The translations under genes and the position numbers were made by a program. DNA of 64,000 bases from the human T2T-CHM13v2.0 reference genome, Homo sapiens. The stretch's first letter is position 1; every line of letters begins with the position of its first letter. Shown here in pieces: positions 54,846-64,000 of the stretch. The notes beneath the pieces were generated by a model. That model saw only the letters and a program-made list of their open reading frames with translations. It did no database searches and was not told the origin of the DNA. The stretch is from NCBI RefSeq assembly GCF_009914755.1, contig NC_060939.1. One strand, 5' to 3'.

Positions 54846-57383
54846 CGTTCAATTGCATTCCTTGCCATTCCATTCCATTCCAGCCCATTCCACTCCAAAC
54901 CAATACACTCCATTCAATTCCATTGCATTCCAATCCATTCTATTACATTCCATTCCATTGTATTCCACTCCACTCCACTCCAATCAATTCCATTCATTTT
55001 CTTTCCATTCCGTTCCACTCTATTCCACTCCACTCCATTGCATTCTTTTCCATTCCACTCCATTGGATTCCAATCCTTTCCACTCCATTCCACTCCAACG
55101 CATTCCGTTCCACTCCATTCGAAGCCATTTGATTCCAGCCGCTTTGATTCCATTTTATTCCATTGGATTCAATGATTTCCGTTCGATTCCACTCAATTTC
55201 ATTTGATTGCTTATGATTCGATTTGATTCAATTTGATTCACTTCCATGCGATTCCTTGTGATTCCATGCAATTCCATTACTTTCCTTTCCACTCCACTCC
55301 ACTCCATTCAATTCCTTTCCACCACATTCCTCTCCACTCCATTGCACTCCACTCCACTCTACTCAACTTCTCCACATTCCATTCGATGCCATTCGATTCA
55401 AGTCGATTTGATTCCATTTAATTCCATTCGATTCCGTAGGATTGCATTCGATTCCATGAGATTCCATTTGATTCAATTCCATTCAATTCCAATTTTTGCA
55501 TTCGTTTCAGTTCGATTCCATTCCATTCGATACCATTTGATTCCAATTCATTCGATTCCATGCAATTCCAAGTGATTCTATTCGATTCCATTCCATTCCA
55601 TTCCATTCCATTACATTCCATTCCATTCCATTGTATTCCATTCCACTGTAGTCCACTTCACTCCACTCTACTCCATGTCATTCCATTCCTCTCCACTTCT
55701 TTCCGTTCCATTCCACTCCATTCCAATCCTCTCCACTCAATTCCACTCCACTCCAATCCACTCAACTCCACTCCCCTCTACACCACTCCATTACATTCAT
55801 TTCCATTCCTTCTCATTCTATTCCATTCCATTCCACTCCACTGAACTCCACTCCACTCCATTCCATTCGACTCCACTGCACTCAACTCCACTCCATTCCA
55901 CTCCACTCCATTCCATTCCACAGCACTCTACTCCCCTCCATTCCAAGCCATTCCGTTTCACTCCACTCCACTCCTATCCACTTCATTCCATTCCACTCCA
56001 CTCCACTCCACTCCAGTCCATTCCATTCCACTCTACTCCACTCCACTCCAGTCCATTCCATTCGACTCCACTCTGCTCCACTCCACTCCATTCCCCTTCA
56101 CTCCACTCCTTTCCACCCCACTCCACTCCGGTCAATTCCATTCTTTCTCATGCCATTACGTTCCATTCCATTCCACTCCACTCTTCTCCAATCCATTCAA
56201 TTCCATTCCACACCATTCCCTTCCCTCCGTTCCAATCCACTCCACTTCACTTCACCGCATTCCGTTTGTTTCCATTCAATGCCACTCGATTGCATTAGAT
56301 TTTATTCTATTCGATTCCATTTTGTTCTTTGGATTCCATTCGATTCCATTGGACTCTATTTGATTCGATTCAATTCAATTTGTCTCCTTGTGATTCCATG
56401 TGATTCCATTCCATTCCATCCCATTTCATTCCACTCCATTCCATTTCATTCCACTCCATTCCATTCCACTCCATTGCACTCCACTCCATTCCACTCCACT
56501 CCATTTCATGCAATTCCATTCTACCCCTTTCCATTCCACTTCATTCCAGTTCACTCCACTCCAGTTTACCTTGTTCCTTTCCATTCCATTTGTTGCCATT
56601 AGATTCCATTGTATTCAATTCCATTTGATTCCTTTTGATTAAATTTTTTTGCATTCGATTCCATTCCATTCCTTTCTATTCCATTCGATTTGATTGATTC
56701 AATTCAATTCTATTCGTTTCCCTGTTATTCCATGCGATTCCTTGCAATTCTATTCCATTCCATTCCATTCCGTTCCACTCCATTCCTCTTTAATCCATTC
56801 CACTACACTCCTCTCAATTCATTTCCTGTCCACTCCATTCCACTCCAATCAACTCCACCTCACCACATTCCATTCCATTAAATTACATTTGAATCCATTG
56901 GATTCCGGTCAATTCGATTCGTTTCCTTGCAATTCCATGCGATTCCATGCAATTCCATTCTATTCCATTCCATTCCATTCCATTCCACTCCACTCCACTC
57001 CATTCAATTCCATTCCACCTCATTCCATTCCACTGCATTCCACCCGAATCCACTCCACTGCACCACATTCCATTCGATTCAATTTGATGCCATTTGATTC
57101 CATTCGATTCCATTCCATTCTATAGATTCCATTCGATTTGATTCCAAGTGATTCCATGCGATTCCGTATGATTCTATTCCATTCCATTCCATTCCATTCT
57201 GTTCCATTCCACTCCACTTCACTCCACTCCATTCCAAGCCACTCCATTCCACTTTAGTCCATTCAATTCCACTCCACTCCATTCCACTCCAATCGACTCC
57301 ATTTCACTCCACTCCAGTCCACTCCATTCTGTTTAATTCCATTCCTTCCTATTCATTTCCATTCCACTCCGATCCACTCCACT

Positions 57384-57479
57384 CCACTCTACTCCATTGT
57401 ATTCAATTCCATTCCACTCCATTCCATCCCACTCTACTCCATTGTATTCAATTCCATTCCACTCCATTCCATCCCACTC
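57384..57479 (+). repeat. Exact 45-bp tandem duplication
   Basis: actctactccattgtattcaattccattccactccattccatccc at 57386 and 57431. Confidence 0.92.
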
Positions 57480-58265
57480 CATTTCCCTCCACTCCACTTC
57501 ACCTCATTCCATTCAATTCAATTCGATGCCATTCGTTTCTATTCTATTCCATTTTTTCCATTGGATTCCATTCGATTCCTTTTGATTCCATTAGATTCCA
57601 TTCCATTCCATTCCATGCAATTCCATTCAATACAATTCCATTCAATTCCCTTCCATGCCATGTCATTAGTTTCCATTCCACTCCACTCTACTCCACTTCA
57701 TTGAATTCCATTCCACCCCATTCCATTTCACTCCATTCAAATCTACTCCTCTCCACTTCACCGCATTCCATTTGATTCCATTCGATGCCTTTCAATTCCA
57801 TTCGATTCAATTCCATTTGATACCACTCAATTCCATTTTTCCCATTCGAATCTATTCGATTCATTTTGATTCCATTTGATTACATTCCGTTACATTAGAT
57901 ACATTTCATTCTATTCGATTCCATTCAATTGCATTTGTTTCCATTCCATTTCATTTCATTCCAATCCATTCCACTCCACTCCACTCCACTCCACTCCTTT
58001 CCTTTCCACTCCATTCAATTCCATTCCACCCCATTCCATTCCTCTCCATTCCAATCCACTCCAATCCAATTCACTTCATTCCGTTTAATTTCATTCGATG
58101 AGATTAGATTCCATTTCATTCGATTCCATTCGATTCCATGCGATTCCATTTTTTCCATTCCATTCCATTTGATTGCATTTGATTACATTTGATTCCACTG
58201 GATTTGATTTGATTCGTTTCCATGCAATTCCATGGGTTTCCATGTGATTCCATTTAATTCCACTC

Positions 58266-58351
58266 CATTCCATTCCACTCCTCTCCACTTCACCAAATTC
58301 CATTCCATTCCACTCCTCTCCACTTCACCAAATTCCATTCCATTCCACTCC
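58266..58351 (+). repeat. Exact 35-bp tandem duplication
   Basis: cattccattccactcctctccacttcaccaaattc at 58266 and 58301. Confidence 0.9.
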
Positions 58352-59331
58352 ACTCCTCTCCACTCCACTCCATTCCTCTCCATTCCAATCCAATCCACTC
58401 CATTCTATTCCATTCCAAACCCATCTTTCCACTGCATTCCACTTCACTCCACTACACTTCACCGTATTCCTTTCAATTCCATTTGATGTCATTTGTTCCC
58501 ATTAGCTTCGATTCCCTCTGATTCCATTTTTTCCATTGGATTCCATTCGATTCCATTCCACTCTATTCAATTCCATTCAAATCGATTTGAAATGATTACA
58601 TGTGATTCCATGCGATTCCATTCCATTCCATTCCATTCTGTTCCATTCCACTCCTCTCCACTCCACTCAACGTCACTCCATTCCACTCCACTCCACTCCA
58701 TTCAACGTCAATCCATTCCACTCCACTCCATTCCATTCCACTCGACTCCATTCCTCTCCAATCCACTCCATTCCACTCCACTGCCCTGCACTCCACACCA
58801 CTCCACTCCGTTCAATTCCATTCCAACCAATTCAATTCTATTCTACTCCATTCCACTACTGTCCACTCAACTCCATTCAATTTCTTTCCACACCATTCAA
58901 TTCGACTGCATTCCACTCATCTCCCCTCAACTGCACCTCATCCCGTTTGATTCCATTCAAGGCCATTCTATTCCATTTGATTTAATTCCATTCAATTCCG
59001 TTCGATTCCATTTTCTCCTTTTGATTCTATTTGATTCCTTTTTATTCCATTTGATTCCATTCCATTCAATTTGAATAGATTCCATTCCATTTGATTCCAT
59101 TGGATTCCATTCCATTCCACTCCATTCAATTCCATGCAATTCCATTCCACTCCACACCACTCCACTCCGCTCCATTCCATTTCACTCCATTCCATACCAC
59201 TCTATTCCACATCATTCAATTCCACTCCATTCCACTTCACTCCTTTCCATTCCACTCCAGTCCACTCCACTCCACTCCACTCCTTTGAATTCCATTCCTT
59301 CCCATTCCATTCCTCTATATTTCAATCTATT

Positions 59332-59444
59332 CCACTCCACTCCATTCAATTCCATTCCACCTCATTCCTTTCTACTCTATCCCACTCCACTCCATTCAAT
59401 TCCATTCCACCTCATTCCTTTCTACTCTATCCCACTCCACTCCA
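59332..59444 (+). repeat. Exact 50-bp tandem duplication
   Basis: tccattcaattccattccacctcattcctttctactctatcccactccac at 59341 and 59391. Confidence 0.92.
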
Positions 59445-62400
59445 CTCCACTTCAACACATTCTATTCGATTCCATTCGATGCCATTAGATTCCTTTCAAT
59501 TGAATTCCATTTGATTCCATTCGATTCCATTTTGTATGTTTGATTCCATTCAATTCCATTCAATTCCATTTGATTCCATTCTATTCAATTTGATTCGATT
59601 CCTTTACATTCCATTCCATTCCATTACAATCCACTCCATTCCACACCATTCCATTCCACTCCATTCCTCTCCACTCCAGTCCAGTCCACTCCACTCCAAT
59701 CTATCTACTCCACTCCATCCCTCTCCACTCCGTTCAATTGCATTCCTTCCCATCCATTCCATTCCACTGCATTCAACTCCATTCCACTCAACTCCATTCA
59801 ATTCCATTCCACTTCATTCTATTTTACTCCATTCCACTCCACTCCACTCCACCGCATTCCATTTGATTCCATTCGATGTTATTGGATTCTTTTCTATTGG
59901 ATTCCATTCAGTTCCATTCAATTCCATTTTGTCATTTCAATTCCATTTGAATCCATTCGATTCCATTCGATTCCTTTCGATTTGATTCGATTCATTTCCA
60001 TTCACTTACATGCAATTCCATGCGATTCCATTCCATTCCATTCCATTCCATTCTGTTCCACTCCATTGTACTCCACTCCATTCCACTCCACTCCACTCCA
60101 TTCAATTCCATTCCACCCCTTTCCATTCCACTCCACTCCACTCCAGTACACTTCCCCACATTACACTCCATTCAATTCGATGCCATTCGATTCCATACAA
60201 TAAGATTCCATTCGATTGAATTCAATTGAATTTTTTCCATTTGATTCAATTCAATTCAATTCAATTCGGTTCATTTCCATGTGATTCCATGTGATTCCAT
60301 GCAATTCCATTCCATTCGTTTCCACGCCACTACACTCCACTCCATTAAATTCCATTCCACTCCATTCCATTACAATCCATTTAACTCCACTGCATTCCAT
60401 TTCACCGCATTCCATTCGATTCAATTCAGTGTCAATTGATTCCATTCTATTAGATTCCATTCAATTACATTCTATTCCATTTTTTCCTTTTGATTCCATT
60501 GGATTCCCTTCCATTCCATTTGATTCAATTCGATTTGATTGCATGTGACTCCATGCTATTCCATTCCATTCCATTGCATTCCATTCTATGGCATTCCAAT
60601 CCACTCTTCTCCACTTCACTGCAGGCCACTCCGTTCCACTCCACTCCATAACATTCCACTCCACTGCATTCCACCTCACTACACTCCATTTCATTTCACC
60701 CAAATCCATTCAACTCCACTCCACTCCGTTCAGTTTGAATCCTTCCCATTCCATTCCATTCCATTCCACTCCAATCCACTCCACTCCATTCCATTCCATT
60801 CCACCCCTTTCCATTCCACTCTACTCCACTCCACTCCACTTCACTGCATTCCATTTGATTCCATTAGATGCAATTCGATTGCATTTGGTTCGATTCCATT
60901 CGATTCCATTTTTTCCATGCAATTCCATTCGATTCTGTTCCATTCCACTCTACTCCATTCAATTCGTTTGAATTCGATTCCATTCAATTTTATGTGATTC
61001 CATGTGATCCCATTCCATTCCATTCTATTCCATTCCACTCCACGCCACTCCAACCCACTCCACTCCATTCCACTCCACTCTATTCCATACCACTCCAATA
61101 AATTCCACTGCACTCCATTCCATTCCATTTCACTCTAATCCACTGCACTCCACTCCACTCCATTCAATCCCATTCCTTCCCATTCAATTCCATTGCATTC
61201 CTTTCCACTCCAATCCACTCCTTCCACTCCACTCCACTCATTCCACTCCACTCCACTCCATTCTATTCCATTCAACTCTATTCCGTTCCACTCCAGTCCT
61301 CTTCATTCCACGATACTCCACTAAACTCCACTCCATTCTATTCCATTCCATTCCATTCTTCTCCACTCCACACCACTCCACTCCATACCATTCCATGCCA
61401 CTCGCCTCCACTCCACTTCATTCCACTCCACCCCACTCCATTCCACTCAACTCCATTCCAATTACTCCATTCCACTCCACTCCTTTCTGCTCCACTCCAC
61501 CCCACTTCACCGCATTCCATTCCATTCCATTCCACTCCATTCCATTCCATTCCATTCCACTTCATTCCAATCCACTCCACTCCACTCCACTCCATTCCAT
61601 TACACTCATCTCCACTCTACTCCAGTCTACTCCACTAGACTCCATTCCATTCCATTCCATTCCACTCCACTCCTATCCAATCCACTCCACTCCACTCTAT
61701 TCCACTCCTTTCCATTCCACTCCACTCCACGCCACTGTACTCCACTATTTTCCACCCCATTCCATTGCAGTCCACTGTCCTCCAATCCACTCCACTCCAC
61801 TACATTCCACTCCACTACATTCCACTCCACTTCATTCTAATCCACTCAGATCCACTTCACCACATTCCATTCCATTCCATTACACTCCATTCCATTACAA
61901 TCCACTCTAATCTTCACTCCATTCCATTCCATTCAAATCCACTCCATTCCACTCCCCTCCATTCCACTTCATTCCATTCCACTCCTCTCTACTTCACTGC
62001 ATTCCATTCGATTTCATTCAATGCTATTCGATTCCATTTTTTTCGATTCCATTCAATTCCATTTTTTGCATTTGATTCCACTCAACTCCACTCCATTCCA
62101 TTGGATTCCAATCGATTCTATTTGATTCAATTTCATGTGATTCCATGTGATTCTATGCGATTCGATTACTTTCAATTCCATTGCATTCTATTCAATTCCA
62201 CTCCACTCCACTTCCCTTCACTCCACTCCACTCTATGCCTGTCTATTCCACTCCACGCTTTTCCATTCCACTCCACTCCATTCTACTCCACTCAACTCCA
62301 CTCAGTTCCACTGCAATCCACTCCACTCCCCTCCACTCCACTCCACACCGTTCAATTCCAGTCCCTCCCATTCCATTCCTTTCGAATCCACTCCACTCCA

Positions 62401-64000
62401 CTGCATTTCACTCCACTCCACTCCAGTCAACTGTCCGTCACTCCATTCCATTCCACTCCACTCCACTCCATTCCATTTCTGTCCATTCCATTCCAGTCCC
62501 CTCCACTCTTTTCCATTCCATTCCACTCCACTCCAGTCCATTCTATTCCATTCCACCCCAATCCCTTCCCTCCATTCCACTCCACTCCAATTCATTTCAT
62601 CACATTCCATTCGATTCCATTCGATGTCATTTGATTCCATTCGCCTCATTTCCATTCAATTCCAATTTTTCCATTCGATTTCATTTGATTCCTTTCAATT
62701 CCATTTGATTCCATTTGATTGCATTCAAATCGATTCCATTCTATTTGATTCCATTCTATTATATTAAATTCCTTTCCATTCCATTCTGTTCCATTCCACT
62801 CCCCTTGACTCCACTCCACTCCATTCCTTTCCACTACATTTGTCTCCACTCCTTTCCATTCCAATCCACTCCATTCCAGTCCATCCCACTCCACTCAATT
62901 CCACTCCACTCCACTACATTCCACTCCACTTTGTTGAATTCCATTTCTTCTCATTCCATTCCAATCCATTCCTCTCAACTCTACTGCACTCCATTCAATT
63001 CCTTCCACTCCATTCAATTCCACTCCATTCCACTCCACTCCACTTCACCATATTCCATTCAATTCCATTCAATGCTATTCGTTTCCATTCAATTCAATTC
63101 CATACGATTTGGTTTGTTTCCATGTCATTCCATAAAATTCCATGCAATTCCATTCCATTCCATTCCGCTCCATTCCACTCCACTCCACTCCATTCCATTC
63201 CACTCCATTCCACTGCACTTCACTTCACCGCATTTCATTCGATTCCATTCGTTGTCATTCGATTCCATTCAATTCAATCCCATTTGATTCCATTCGATTA
63301 CTTTTTTCCATTCAATTCCATTTGATTCTATTCCATTCCATTTGATTCCATTCGATTCCATTGGATTCAATTTCATGCGATTCCATGTGATTCCATTCCA
63401 TTCCATTCCACTCTCTTTCAATCCACTCCAGTCCACTTCACACCACTCCATACCACTCCACTCCATTCCATTCCACTCCTCTCCTTTCCATTCCACTCCA
63501 ATCCACTGCATTCCACTCCACTCCAATCCACTCCTCTCCACACCACTCCACTTCAATCCCTTCAATTCCATTCCTTCCCATTCCATTTCATTCCATTCGA
63601 TTCATCTCCCTTCCATTCCATTTCAGTCGAATCCCCAACACTCCATTCCAGTGCACTGCACTCCAATCCACTCATTTCTATTCCATTCCACCTGCATCGA
63701 TTCCACTCCATTCCACTGCACTCCACTACACTGCATTCCATTCGATTGCATACAATGCCATTCAATTCCATTCGATTTGATTCCATTCCATTCCATGCGA
63801 TTCCATTTTTTCCATTCGATACCATTTGATTTCTTTCAATTCTACTTGACTCCATTCCATTCCATTCTTTTCTATTCCATTCCATTCGATGTCTTTTGAT
63901 TCCATTCCATTCCATTCCATTCCATTGTGTTCCACTCCACTCCACTCCACTCCACTCCATTCCTCTCCACTCAATTCCATTCCAATCCTCTCCATTCCAC

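Larger units (their letters stand above)
1..64000 (+). repeat. Satellite 3 (HSat3 / Satellite III)-type diverged (CATTC)n pentamer array, human or great ape pericentromeric heterochromatin
   Basis: Continuous 5-bp periodicity, consensus CATTC, with variants CACTC, GATTC, GAGTC, AATTC, CTTTC, CATTG. The + strand is very G-poor from end to end. I did not see the CATCAT/ATGATG-containing longer unit typical of HSat2. Subfamily and chromosome cannot be assigned by eye. Confidence 0.96.
55200..64000 (+). repeat. Distinct HSat3 sub-domain enriched in CATGC/CATGT/GTGATT variants and short T-runs, lacking GAGTC
   Basis: catgcgattcc, catgtgattcc and catgcaattcc recur at ~55245, 56397, 56731, 56936, 57156, 58221, 58599, 60278, 60992, 62134, 63374. 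The last GAGTC pentamer I could find is at ~54626. Confidence 0.7.

Noticed and set aside
18951-59444. Short direct repeats considered as possible CRISPR arrays
   Set aside because: They are head-to-tail duplications with no unique spacers, no leader and no cas genes.
1-64000. HSat2, alpha satellite or telomeric repeat assignment
   Set aside because: CATTCGATTC is present, but the HSat2 ATGATG-type unit was not seen. There is no 171-bp monomer or CENP-B box and no TTAGGG/CCCTAA array.
1-64000. G-quadruplex or i-motif potential from strand asymmetry
   Set aside because: Runs are mostly GG/CC dinucleotides. I saw no regular clusters of four G3+ tracts that would support a confident call.

Overview
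The whole 64-kb window is one uninterrupted, highly diverged (CATTC)n/(GGAAT)n pentamer satellite. It matches human/great-ape Satellite 3 (HSat3, classical Satellite III) pericentromeric heterochromatin, with the C-rich strand on + throughout. I see no credible genes, RNA genes, transposons, CRISPR arrays or strand inversions. All supplied ORFs (HSIPF.../MEWNG... repeats) are translation artefacts of a stop-poor 5-bp repeat. I found no previously undescribed gene system. What is worth noting is internal satellite architecture: (i) a recurring module alternating CACTC-rich and CATTCGATTC/GAGTC-rich segments; (ii) degenerate kb-scale duplications (~2.7-3.1 kb at 7.6-12.9 kb, ~2.3-2.4 kb at 26-45 kb, ~1.7 kb at 45.5-48.3 kb); (iii) many short tandem duplications whose periods are all multiples of 5; (iv) a change in sequence dialect near 55.2 kb; (v) perfect three-unit heat-shock-element motifs at homologous positions of the ~2.4-kb unit. 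Coordinates and identities were read by eye; boundaries of the large duplications are approximate.
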